A stretch of 32,000 bases of DNA from Candidatus Hadarchaeota archaeon (GTDB lineage Archaea; Hadarchaeota; Hadarchaeia; Hadarchaeales; Hadarchaeaceae), in contig CAZETV010000001.1 in NCBI GenBank assembly GCA_964514965.1, forward strand, positions 813,063 to 845,062, in the 5' to 3' direction. Of the stretch, positions 1 through 7,723 are shown piece after piece; the first letter of the stretch is position 1, and the number at the start of each line of letters is the position of its first letter. A program made the position numbers and the translations under genes. The notes under the pieces are model-generated. The model was not told the origin of the DNA. It did not search any database and saw only the letters and a list, made by a program, of their open reading frames with translations.

Positions 1-150
1 AATCCATTCGTCGCGAAGGGTTGAGGGCGAGTAACAATAGATGCAGCCGTGCTCGCAACCCAAGTACGGGTTCAACGAGTACTTTAGCCCAGGCAGCTTG
101 CTGGGGGAAAGAGCGGTCTTACATTCTATTGACGAATATTCAACGCTCAT
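1..150 (-). CDS. radical SAM protein, N-terminal fragment (SplB/COG1533-like DNA-repair radical SAM family); continues beyond left edge
   Basis: Not in ORF track (<60 aa inside window). Reverse-strand translation from ATG at 150: MSVEYSSIECKTALSPSKLPGLKYSLNPYLGCEHGCIYCYSPSTLRDEWI. It has the CxxxCxxC radical-SAM cluster motif (CEHGCIYC) in an NPYxGCxHGCxYC context. The ATG overlaps the upstream stop (ATGA at 147-150). Confidence 0.6.
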   Translation of the reverse strand, partial: MSVEYSSIECKTALSPSKLPGLKYSLNPYLGCEHGCIYCYSPSTLRDEWI

Positions 151-1475
151 GCGGCAAACTCCGTGATCTTTTTCTGGAACAGTGCACGTTTCAACATTTC
201 ACTGTTTTCAATCCACTTGCGTAGTGGAATAGTAAGTTTCGTCTGTACATGATTAAGTGCTGCTTGAAGGGTGTCGAACTTCTGTGGCTCGCTCTGCATC
301 GTTTGTCTGACGGACTCGCGCACATTCCAGACGCCAACAGGTAGGATGTAGCCGGGATGAATTTCTCGAAGCACTAGCGCCGAGGCCTGCCTCCGCTCTT
401 GATTCAACCTCTCGGCAACCGCCAGCCTGCAAGCGTAGTAACACCCACCAACATCGGGGTAAGTTGTCCGGCCTCGGTAGGGCTCGAAGTCCCCCATTAT
501 CGCTGGGGCGGCGGCACTTTTGTCGGGATTCCAAGTTGTGCCCGGGAACCAAGCCTCGATCCACTCGAAGCTCCAGCTTTCAGGCATCAGGATTGCGACG
601 AACAGGTTGTCAAGGTGTTTGAAAAAGTAGACACGATACTCGTCGATCGTGTTGTGTTGCTTTATTCGATTGATGAGCTCGAGGGATAGTATCGAGTCGA
701 CCGCTGTGATGCTCCAGCGGGTCGGGATGAGCTTCCTACGCTTTTGGAAGCCGAACATGCCCAAGCTGAAAGCCCGTTGGATGCGCGTGACCAAAACATC
801 ATCTTCGTAGAGCCCAACAACCGCATCAGCCGCCTTAAAGTCCCGGTCGTAGAATGCGCGTTCTATTCTGTGGTCAACACTCACGTCTGAAGTTTTGAAT
901 GATCGCAGCGGCGCGGAGGGACCGAATGGCTGGGACTCCCCGCTCAGGGTTATCACCTTGTTAGGAACTCTCGTGAGCATAGCTTCAGCATCGACGGGCC
1001 GCTTCCCCATAGCCAGCTCCTGAAGCGTGTCGAGTAGCCTCCCGCCGAATTGGGCGTTGTACACGCTTGCCCGCACCTTCCCACGGATTAGAGCGAAGCG
1101 ATAATCGATTATGTCTTGGATACTTTTTCCAACCCACAGCTCAGGAGTGTCGAGGATTTCGGTGTCGCCTTGGTAGGGAGGTACCATGGGGCCGATGTAA
1201 ACTTTGGGATAGCCTATGCGCCCGACGAATACTCCTGGGGGCGTCGAGCCCTGGATGTGCGGGGAGGGGATTTTCAGGCTCGATTTGGCGAGCGATTGCG
1301 CTTTGGCCACGATCGGGCATCTCAGCTTGCCACAGAGCATCCGCCCGCCCTTGCACAGCAGGCAAAGGGAGCTTGAGGGGGCTCGGGCAACTTTGATGTC
1401 TCTGAATGCCGCGAGTTCGCCAACTTGTTTGGTCGCGATGATGTCTCGAAGCCATTTAATATTAGTTGGTGGCAT
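147..1475 (-). CDS. Nre-family (NreA-like) archaeal DNA repair protein with C-terminal PIP-box-like tail
   Basis: 442-aa ORF. The N-terminal Cys cluster (CLLCKGGRMLCGKLRC), the length and the overall pattern recall archaeal Nre_N/Nre_C (DUF650/651) proteins. The extreme C-terminus QKKITEFAA fits Qxx[ILM]xxF PCNA-interaction motifs. Family assignment is from memory only. Confidence 0.55.
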   Translation of the reverse strand: MPPTNIKWLRDIIATKQVGELAAFRDIKVARAPSSSLCLLCKGGRMLCGKLRCPIVAKAQSLAKSSLKIPSPHIQGSTPPGVFVGRIGYPKVYIGPMVPPYQGDTEILDTPELWVGKSIQDIIDYRFALIRGKVRASVYNAQFGGRLLDTLQELAMGKRPVDAEAMLTRVPNKVITLSGESQPFGPSAPLRSFKTSDVSVDHRIERAFYDRDFKAADAVVGLYEDDVLVTRIQRAFSLGMFGFQKRRKLIPTRWSITAVDSILSLELINRIKQHNTIDEYRVYFFKHLDNLFVAILMPESWSFEWIEAWFPGTTWNPDKSAAAPAIMGDFEPYRGRTTYPDVGGCYYACRLAVAERLNQERRQASALVLREIHPGYILPVGVWNVRESVRQTMQSEPQKFDTLQAALNHVQTKLTIPLRKWIENSEMLKRALFQKKITEFAA

Positions 1476-1524
1476 ACAATACCCATTATACTCGGCGTAT
1501 TGGCCAATAAATGGTGGAAGTTAT

Positions 1525-2529
1525 TTGAGATTTTATGATTTTGAATCGGCGCGGGTCAAGCGATTTCTAAGGCAACACAAGGCGAGGCGAGCAGCGATTC
1601 AGCTCCCTGCAGGTTTGAAGGAACACATACAAGAAATCGTGGAACCTTTCGCTGAGATGGGTGTCCAGACACTCGTGTTGGCGGACAGTTGTTATGGCGC
1701 CTGCGATTTGGCCGATGTAAAGGCAAAGCAGCTTGGGTGTGATGTGCTGGTTCACTATGGACATGCAGACATGGGACTGCCCGCCTGTTTGCCAGCGCTC
1801 TACATCGAGGCACGAATGCCGGCTGACCCGCTCGGGGTGGTTGAGCGAGCGCTGTCCGAGTTGAAGTTCAAGCGCGTGGGGCTGCTCACTACAGTTCAAC
1901 ACATTGCCCGCCTGCTGGATGTAGCGAAACTCCTCAGCTCAAGCGGGATAAAACCGTTTATCGGCAGACCTGGAACGAGGGCGAAGTATCCCGGACAACT
2001 TCTGGGTTGTGATTTCGGCTGTGCCCGCTCGGTCGCCGCCTACGTTGACGGTTTTCTTTACATCGGTACAGGTGAATTTCACCCGCTAGGTGCAGCGCTC
2101 GCGACTGGCAAGCAGGTTTTAGCCGTAAACCCAGTTTTGGAGGGCTTCAAGACGCTAGCTCCGGATATCGACGCTTTCCTGCGGAGGAGAAAGGTGATGA
2201 TTGCCCGAGCTGCAGCGGGAGAGCGGTTCGGCGTCATCGTGAGCACAAAACCCGGACAAACCCGATTCAAGCTCGCGACGAGGATGGCTGAAGATTTAAA
2301 GCGGGCTGGAAAGGTTGCGCGCATACTCTCGGTAGACGAGGTTCGGTCAGAGGAGCTGGGTGATTTTGGGCTCGATGGATTCATCTGCGCCGCCTGCCCG
2401 CGCATACCAATTGATGATGCGGAGAGATTCGAGCGACCTATTTTGACCCCCTTTGAAGCGCGGGTCATGCTCGGGAAGGCAAAATTTGAGCCGTACAGAA
2501 TGGATGAGTTTAATAGGAAAGATTTTTGA
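1525..2529 (+). CDS. dph2: 2-(3-amino-3-carboxypropyl)histidine synthase Dph2 (diphthamide biosynthesis)
   Basis: Alignable by eye to archaeal Dph2: RAAIQLPAGLK...SCYGACD...GCDVLVHYGH...GEFHPLG...ACPRI. The ORF track extends to 1216, but that part overlaps the divergent nreA-like gene. The first plausible start after it is TTG 1525 (ATG 1438/1441 are alternatives). Confidence 0.85.
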   Translation: MRFYDFESARVKRFLRQHKARRAAIQLPAGLKEHIQEIVEPFAEMGVQTLVLADSCYGACDLADVKAKQLGCDVLVHYGHADMGLPACLPALYIEARMPADPLGVVERALSELKFKRVGLLTTVQHIARLLDVAKLLSSSGIKPFIGRPGTRAKYPGQLLGCDFGCARSVAAYVDGFLYIGTGEFHPLGAALATGKQVLAVNPVLEGFKTLAPDIDAFLRRRKVMIARAAAGERFGVIVSTKPGQTRFKLATRMAEDLKRAGKVARILSVDEVRSEELGDFGLDGFICAACPRIPIDDAERFERPILTPFEARVMLGKAKFEPYRMDEFNRKDF

Positions 2530-2582
2530 TGTACTATCTAAGAAGATTTAAGTTCGTGGTAGATTAGTTAAGGTGGATTGAT

Positions 2583-3161
2583 ATGGAAGAAACAAAAACA
2601 GGCGATTTCGTCGTTCCGGGGGACTTCCTCGCAACCACAGAGGAGTTCGTTCCCGGTGATGGAGCATACGAAGAGGAGGGCAAGATATATTCCTCTTGCA
2701 CTGGCGTGGTGTTAGTCGATGTTCAAACTAAGCACATCTCGGTATTGTCCCGCGCAGCTGGGCCGCCAAAGTTAAAGCGCGGCGACACAGTAATCGGGCG
2801 GGTCGAGGATGTAAGAGACCAGAGCGCAAACGTTTACATAGGAGTTCTCAAGGGGCACGAGAGTAGGGAGCTCCCCCTCCCGAATATGGGCAACGTTCAC
2901 ATTTCACAAGTTCGCACTGGTTACGCCAAGGATATGCACCACCAGTTTAAATCCGGCGACATCATTCGCGCGCGGGTTCTGGACGCGCGCAGGGAGCCCG
3001 TCCAGCTTTCGACGGCTGGAGATAATCTAGGAGTAATCGTTGCGGCTTGTTCGCGCTGCCGTGCACCGCTCGAGCGAGAGGATTCCAAGCTTCGGTGCTT
3101 GGAGTGTGGCAATTTAGAGTTCCGGAAGCTCGCGAGCGATTACCGCCAAGGAGCCCTCTGA
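2583..3161 (+). CDS. csl4: exosome complex RNA-binding subunit Csl4 (S1 domain + C-terminal zinc ribbon)
   Basis: 192 aa. It has an N-terminal FVVPGDxL motif, a central S1-like GDxVxGxV...GxVHISQV segment, and a C-terminal CSRC...CLECG zinc ribbon. Its position next to rpoL is typical for archaea. Confidence 0.88.
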   Translation: MEETKTGDFVVPGDFLATTEEFVPGDGAYEEEGKIYSSCTGVVLVDVQTKHISVLSRAAGPPKLKRGDTVIGRVEDVRDQSANVYIGVLKGHESRELPLPNMGNVHISQVRTGYAKDMHHQFKSGDIIRARVLDARREPVQLSTAGDNLGVIVAACSRCRAPLEREDSKLRCLECGNLEFRKLASDYRQGAL

Positions 3162-3385
3162 TGCAAAAACAAAAGCGAGTCATCAACGTGAGGGTGAAGG
3201 ACGTTTCCCAGCTGGTCACGTTGATGGAGAAACTTGGGAAGCTAGAAGTGGATTTAATTGCGGAGTCGCGCCCCAGAGCGGTCAAGATAGAAGTATTCAG
3301 CTCGAAGGAGGAAGCCCGCGAGCTGGAGCACAAGATAATGGGGGTTTCCTCAAAAACTCGCAATCATCATAAGTCAATGGGATAA
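3161..3385 (+). CDS. small conserved-context hypothetical protein (74 aa)
   Basis: ATG 3161 overlaps the csl4 stop (TGATG). The product is MQKQKRVINVRVKDVSQLVTLMEKLGKLEVDLIAESRPRAVKIEVFSSKEEARELEHKIMG..., with an alternating beta/alpha-like pattern. I recognise no family. The longer track ORF (3047) overlaps csl4. Confidence 0.45.
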   Translation: MQKQKRVINVRVKDVSQLVTLMEKLGKLEVDLIAESRPRAVKIEVFSSKEEARELEHKIMGVSSKTRNHHKSMG

Positions 3386-3399
3386 ACTAAGTAAGGTGC

Positions 3400-3687
3400 A
3401 TGGTAGTGGAACTTGAAATTATTGAAAAAGGCGATGGGGCGCTGCTGATGAAGGTAAGGGAAGAGGATCATACCCTCTGCAACCTTTTGCGCAAAGCCCT
3501 GCTCAGCGACAAATACGTCGTTGCGGCATCCTACGCAATCGAGCACCCTCTCACGGAGTCTCCCAAGTTTTACGTTAAGACAAAAAAAGGAAAGACTCCC
3601 GAACGCGCTCTCGTGGACGCTGCTGATCAACTAGCGGGACAGTTGAAAGAGCTACAGAAGCAGTTGCAGCAAGAGCTCAAGAAATGA
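3400..3687 (+). CDS. rpoL: DNA-directed RNA polymerase subunit L (Rpo11)
   Basis: 95 aa with the hallmark EDHTLCNLLR motif and the ...YAIEHPL... segment of RpoL/Rpb11-like subunits. Confidence 0.9.
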   Translation: MVVELEIIEKGDGALLMKVREEDHTLCNLLRKALLSDKYVVAASYAIEHPLTESPKFYVKTKKGKTPERALVDAADQLAGQLKELQKQLQQELKK

Positions 3688-4322
3688 TATCGGAGCGCTC
3701 CTCGCGGGGACTTGAGTTGCAAAAAGTCAAATTTTGGCAGATAAAGCCAGAGATACGGATTCTCGGAATAGACGATGGGCCGTTTGAGCGACGCGCGAGG
3801 GGGGCAGTTCCGCTCGTAGGAACGGTCTTCAGGGGAGGGCGATGGCTGGACGGAGTTATGAGAACCACCATCGAGCAGGACGGCACCGATGTGACCGAAC
3901 GCGTGGTTGAGATGGTCAACCGAAGCCGTCACCGGGAGCAGCTCAGGATAGTGATGACGGACGGTGTGACATTCGCCGGCTTTAATGTGCTCGATACCAA
4001 GAAAGTATTCGAGCAAACAGGTTTACCGATCATCGTCGTCTCCAGGGAGTTACCGGATATGGTGAATGTCAAAAAAGCTATCAAGCATCTCCCCAACTGG
4101 CGCGAGCGTTGGGAGATAATTAAAAGTTCTGGCAAGATTTATCCGGTGAATACTAAACGTCGAGCGGCGCCAGTCTACATGCAGTTTGTCGGCATGGGGC
4201 GTGCCGATGCCGAACAGGTGGTAAAATTAAGCTCGACGCGCAGTTTAATTCCGGAGCCGTTAAGGGTCGCGCACTTGATTGCCACGGCCATGGTGCGAGG
4301 CGAGAGTTACGGGAGGGCCTAG
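3684..4322 (+). CDS. DUF99/UPF0215 family protein (endonuclease V-like fold)
   Basis: 212 aa with IRILGIDDGPF near the N-terminus and the later GVTFAGFNV and EPLRVAHL segments typical of archaeal DUF99. The ATG overlaps the rpoL stop (ATGA). Confidence 0.78.
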   Translation: MISERSSRGLELQKVKFWQIKPEIRILGIDDGPFERRARGAVPLVGTVFRGGRWLDGVMRTTIEQDGTDVTERVVEMVNRSRHREQLRIVMTDGVTFAGFNVLDTKKVFEQTGLPIIVVSRELPDMVNVKKAIKHLPNWRERWEIIKSSGKIYPVNTKRRAAPVYMQFVGMGRADAEQVVKLSSTRSLIPEPLRVAHLIATAMVRGESYGRA

Positions 4323-4323
4323 C

Positions 4324-4872
4324 TTGGCGAGAAAAAAATCAAAGTTGCGTGTAGCTAAGAAAGTTGTAGTGAATATATTAGGCCGCCCTATCGTCAAAGG
4401 ATTGCTGAAATACATCTTGGTTCTGGCTATACTCTATTTCAGCGTGAGTGGTGTTCTGGTCTTGGCCCTCCGCGCTGACCCGTATTGGAGGGCGGTCATA
4501 TCCAACAGCATGAAACATCAGGATGAGAGCTGGAGGGAATATTTCGAGGCACATGATTACGACCCTTCCCAATTTCCGATTCAAGATGGGTTCGAGCGTG
4601 GGGACATGCTCATCATCGAGGGCGTGGGGTCCGTCACGGAAATATCGATCGGTGATGTCATCGTATTCGACACCGGTCAACCAACGCCGCTCGTCCACCG
4701 GGTCGTAGACATAAGAAACGAGAACGGAGAAGTTCGGTTAACGACGAGAGGGGATGCTAACAGAGGAAGTTTATCCGTGGAAAAGTCAATAAAACCCGAG
4801 CAACTAATAGGAAAGGTAATTTTCGTAATCCCGAAGCTCGGCTATCTGTCGCTCTGGTTCCATGGAAGTTGA
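4324..4872 (+). CDS. signal peptidase I, archaeal/ER Sec11 type (S26B)
   Basis: It has an N-terminal TM helix, then SNSM (catalytic Ser box), GDMLII, HRV (catalytic His) and TRGDAN boxes. The start is set at TTG 4324 just after the DUF99 stop. The track ORF begins at 4279, inside the upstream gene. Confidence 0.8.
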   Translation: MARKKSKLRVAKKVVVNILGRPIVKGLLKYILVLAILYFSVSGVLVLALRADPYWRAVISNSMKHQDESWREYFEAHDYDPSQFPIQDGFERGDMLIIEGVGSVTEISIGDVIVFDTGQPTPLVHRVVDIRNENGEVRLTTRGDANRGSLSVEKSIKPEQLIGKVIFVIPKLGYLSLWFHGS

Positions 4873-5269
4873 TGGCATGGCGCGGTGCCCAATGCTCGCG
4901 GTCGATGTGGTCATTCGAACTCCCGATGGCGTGGTGCTGATCAAGCGGAAGAACGAACCGTACAAGGGGAGGTGGGCGATACCTGGCGGATTCGTGCGTT
5001 ATGGCGAAAGAGTTGAAGATGCAGCGGCACGCGAGGTGAAGGAGGAAACAAGTTTAAGAGTCAAGCTGAGGGGGCTTGTGGGCGTTTACTCGGACCCAAA
5101 GCGCGATCCGAGGGGGCATGTTGTCAGCGTATGTTTTTTGGCAGAAAGGGCGGGTGGCAGATTAAAAGCAAGCAGTGATGCTAAAGATATAAAAATTTTC
5201 AAGCAAATTCCTTGGCGCGAGCTGGCGTTCGACCATGCACGGATTTTAAAGGACGCAGGGGTTAAGTGA
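4862..5269 (+). CDS. NUDIX hydrolase
   Basis: Nudix box GGFVRYGERVEDAAAREVKEETSL (Gx5Ex7REUxEExGU). 135 aa. ATG 4877 is an alternative start. Confidence 0.85.
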   Translation: MEVDGMARCPMLAVDVVIRTPDGVVLIKRKNEPYKGRWAIPGGFVRYGERVEDAAAREVKEETSLRVKLRGLVGVYSDPKRDPRGHVVSVCFLAERAGGRLKASSDAKDIKIFKQIPWRELAFDHARILKDAGVK

Positions 5270-5273
5270 GTGC

Positions 5274-5600
5274 ATGCAATTCTGTCCGAAGTGTGGAAGC
5301 CTGATGCTACCAAAGCAGGGGAAGCAGGGGCCAATCCTCGTTTGCGGTAGCTGCGGGTATATTGCGAAAGCAGAAAAATTGGAAGAATACAAACTCGTCA
5401 AACCAGCCAAGCAGAAGGAGACGATAACGGTGATAGATGAGGGAGCGAAGCCGGCCCTACCGACCACTAGAGTCGAATGTCCTAAATGCGGGCACGGCAC
5501 AGCCCACTGGTGGCTGAGGCAGACGCGCGCAGCAGACGAGGCGACGACACGTTTCTACCGTTGTGCAAAGTGCGGCCACACTTGGAGAGAATACACATAG
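5274..5600 (+). CDS. tfs: transcription factor S (TFS) / RpoM-like, TFIIS-type zinc ribbon
   Basis: It has an N-terminal ribbon CPKCG...CGSCG and a C-terminal TFIIS ribbon CPKCGH...QTRAADEATTRFYRCAKCGHTWRE with the acidic DE hairpin. Confidence 0.9.
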   Translation: MQFCPKCGSLMLPKQGKQGPILVCGSCGYIAKAEKLEEYKLVKPAKQKETITVIDEGAKPALPTTRVECPKCGHGTAHWWLRQTRAADEATTRFYRCAKCGHTWREYT

Positions 5601-5657
5601 CATCAGATGGAATTAAAACGTAAAAGGTAGATATGAAAAAACGATGAGGGCTTGGGC

Positions 5658-6011
5658 ATGGAGGAACTTAGACCGCACAGAAAGCCAGCGCGCAGCAGAA
5701 AAATTTCAGAGATAAAAATAGGCGATGAGCAGGTGAGGATAGTCGGGCTGGTCGTTGACAAGAAGGAAGCCGAATTTGTGCTCGACGATGGCTCGGGTCA
5801 TCTCACCGTGTTTTTCGACGACCCCGCGGTGGTTGAAGGCGTGGAGGTAGGGTCAAAAATCAGGGTATTCGGGATGCCGCTGAACGTCGCTGGCACCCAC
5901 GAACTGCGGGCTGAAATCGTGCAGAAGATGGAAGGGTTGGACTTGGAACTGTATGAAGAAGTCAGGCGCGAAGTTAAAAAATTGGAGAAAGAACTCGAGG
6001 AGGGTGGATGA
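5658..6011 (+). CDS. OB-fold nucleic-acid-binding protein with acidic coiled-coil tail
   Basis: The VRIVGLVVDKKEAEFVLDDGSGHLTVFF...GSKIRVFG pattern is typical of tRNA-anticodon-type OB folds (RPA-like). The stop lies 1 nt before the PCNA ATG. Function is not assignable from sequence alone. TTG 5652 is an alternative start. Confidence 0.5.
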   Translation: MEELRPHRKPARSRKISEIKIGDEQVRIVGLVVDKKEAEFVLDDGSGHLTVFFDDPAVVEGVEVGSKIRVFGMPLNVAGTHELRAEIVQKMEGLDLELYEEVRREVKKLEKELEEGG

Positions 6012-6012
6012 A

Positions 6013-6768
6013 ATGGTAAGTGTCAAGATGACGGATTCGAAGACTTGGAAAACATGCGTGGGCGCGATGGTGAACCTCATCGACGAGGCGGCATTCAAGT
6101 TCACTCCCGAGGGCATCAAGATGAAGGCGATGGACCCCTCGCACGTCGCGCTTTTGGATTTCGAGTTGCCGGCTTCGGCGTTCGAGGAGTACACGGTCAA
6201 GCAGCCAACGACTTTGGGCATAGGCCTCACCGAGATGAACAAGATTCTGGCGCGCGCCAAGGCCGAGGACGGGCTAATCCTCGAGCTCGATGAGGAGAAA
6301 AATCGTTTGGCCCTCACATTCAAGGGGGTATCGACGAGGCGCCTCAGCTTGCCTCTCATAGATGTGAGCGAGGCGGAGTTGCCCGAGCCAAAGCTTCAGT
6401 TAACCGCGACCGCTGATGTGGCGGCGGGGGTGATTCAGGATGGATTGAAGGACGCAGAGATCGTGGGGGACAATGTGAAATTCGAATTGAGCGAGGACGG
6501 ATTTTTCCTTTCTGCTGAGAGCGATAAGGGCACCTCTGAACTTAAACTGCGCAAGGGAGACCAAGGGCTGCTGAAGCTCAGCGTCAAGCAACCGGCGCAT
6601 GCGATGTTCAACATAAAATATCTTAGCGACATGACGAAGGCGGCAGGGTCGTCGGAAGTCGTCACCATCAACTTGGGCACGGACTTGCCGATTCAGCTGG
6701 ATTTACCGGTCGCCGAGGGCAAAGGTAAACTGCGGTTCTTGTTGGCCCCAAGGATTGAGGCGGAGTGA
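6013..6768 (+). CDS. pcn: DNA polymerase sliding clamp PCNA
   Basis: 251 aa from ATG 6013. It contains LIDEAAFKFTPEGIKMKAMDPSHVALLDFELP...FLLAPRIE, a characteristic PCNA N-terminus and C-terminal LAPRI motif. The track ORF start at 5953 overlaps the upstream gene. Confidence 0.92.
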   Translation: MVSVKMTDSKTWKTCVGAMVNLIDEAAFKFTPEGIKMKAMDPSHVALLDFELPASAFEEYTVKQPTTLGIGLTEMNKILARAKAEDGLILELDEEKNRLALTFKGVSTRRLSLPLIDVSEAELPEPKLQLTATADVAAGVIQDGLKDAEIVGDNVKFELSEDGFFLSAESDKGTSELKLRKGDQGLLKLSVKQPAHAMFNIKYLSDMTKAAGSSEVVTINLGTDLPIQLDLPVAEGKGKLRFLLAPRIEAE

Positions 6769-7133
6769 TTTCGCGTAAAGGGAAGTGTGTTAAAGAGAAA
6801 AAGGATCAAAAAGTTCGATGAGTATTAGAAAAATTGGAACCGTAATTAGAGAGAAGCCGATAAAATTGGTGCAGTATTTGAGACGGGAGAAGGAGAGGTA
6901 TGAACCAGTTGTGATTTCGAAATGTATGATAAAGCGAATCTAAAGGCGCTTTCCTAACACCAATGGGGGGAGGCACCTATTTCTTTTTTCTTTTCTTTTC
7001 CCCAACCAATCTTCTCTTATGGTCTTGCTTACGCTTTTTCTGCCATCTCCTGTGATTAGTTTCCTTTCCAATCCCCTTGCTGTTGTAGGTCCTTTCTTTT
7101 TTGTCATCTTACCACATCTAACTTTATTTCAGA

Positions 7134-7502
7134 CTAAAATAAATCATACGGAGACTTTGTTATTTTCTTTTTTATTAGTTTTCCAGTAATAGGCTCTACA
7201 TAATATCCTTCAGGAATTCGTCTTCCAGTAATAGGCTCTATGTAATAACGTTTTTTCTCCCCTTTCTTAATTCGTTTCTTGTGCTCTACTTCTGCATGAC
7301 AAGTTGGGCATAAGATACGAAGATTGCTCAATCGATTGTTATTACGGTTCCCATCTCTGTGATGTATGTGCCATACCGCCTCTAATTGCCTATGGCAACG
7401 CTGACATTTATGACGTGCTCTAGCCAATGCTTCTTTTCGATAGGATGTGGGGACTGGCTTTCTTCTCTCCCTTTTCTCTCCACCATACCAATTAAATGCC
7501 AT
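7134..7502 (-). CDS. free-standing HNH endonuclease (122 aa) with C-terminal tandem peptide repeat
   Basis: HNH core CQRCHRQLEAVWHIHHRDGNRNNNRLSNLRILCPTCHAEVEH. The gene is markedly AT-rich relative to its neighbours (hand counts of about 28-42% GC per 60-nt line versus about 55-65% in pcn and priL). The tail holds a 42-nt tandem repeat encoding YY[IV]EPITG[RK]x[IL]. Confidence 0.8.
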   Translation of the reverse strand: MAFNWYGGEKRERRKPVPTSYRKEALARARHKCQRCHRQLEAVWHIHHRDGNRNNNRLSNLRILCPTCHAEVEHKKRIKKGEKKRYYIEPITGRRIPEGYYVEPITGKLIKKKITKSPYDLF

Positions 7503-7581
7503 GGGCTAACCTCGTATAGAAACTTAATTTTCGCATATTAAAATCTCCTCTTTAGGGCGAGTTCTGCATGTTGTACGCTTG

Positions 7582-7643
7582 GAGTTTGCTCGGATTGGCT
7601 AGAAGGGTAGCGCAGCATGCTCAGATGGCCATTGAGCAAGCTC
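7582..7643. repeat. imperfect inverted repeat / long hairpin in the HNH-priL intergenic region
   Basis: 7582-7601 pairs with 7626-7643: 14 Watson-Crick plus 4 G-U pairs read on the + strand, with one 2-nt bulge (GAGTTTGCTCGG..TTGGCTA / TGGCCA..TTGAGCAAGCTC). Paired by hand. Confidence 0.35.
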
Positions 7644-7723
7644 GAAAGTAGGAAAATTATAAAAAGTTAAAATTCAACCTTCATTTCCACTGAAAGTTTT
7701 TAGGTTAGCCATTTCAAATCGAT

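Noticed and set aside
21-224. 67-aa plus-strand ORF at the left edge
   Set aside because: The opposite strand encodes a clear radical-SAM N-terminus (CEHGCIYC) and the 3' end of the nreA-like gene. The plus ORF has no motif.
1216-1524. N-terminal 103 codons of the track ORF for dph2
   Set aside because: This part overlaps the divergent nreA-like coding region. Alignment to known Dph2 begins near YDFESARV, so the extension is not coding.
6818-7107. Two convergent micro-ORFs (41 aa on +, 55 aa on -) in the HNH island, considered as CDS features
   Set aside because: Both are below 60 aa. The minus one is essentially a translated polypurine tract, and neither has a convincing RBS or promoter. 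They are mentioned in a finding but not called as genes.
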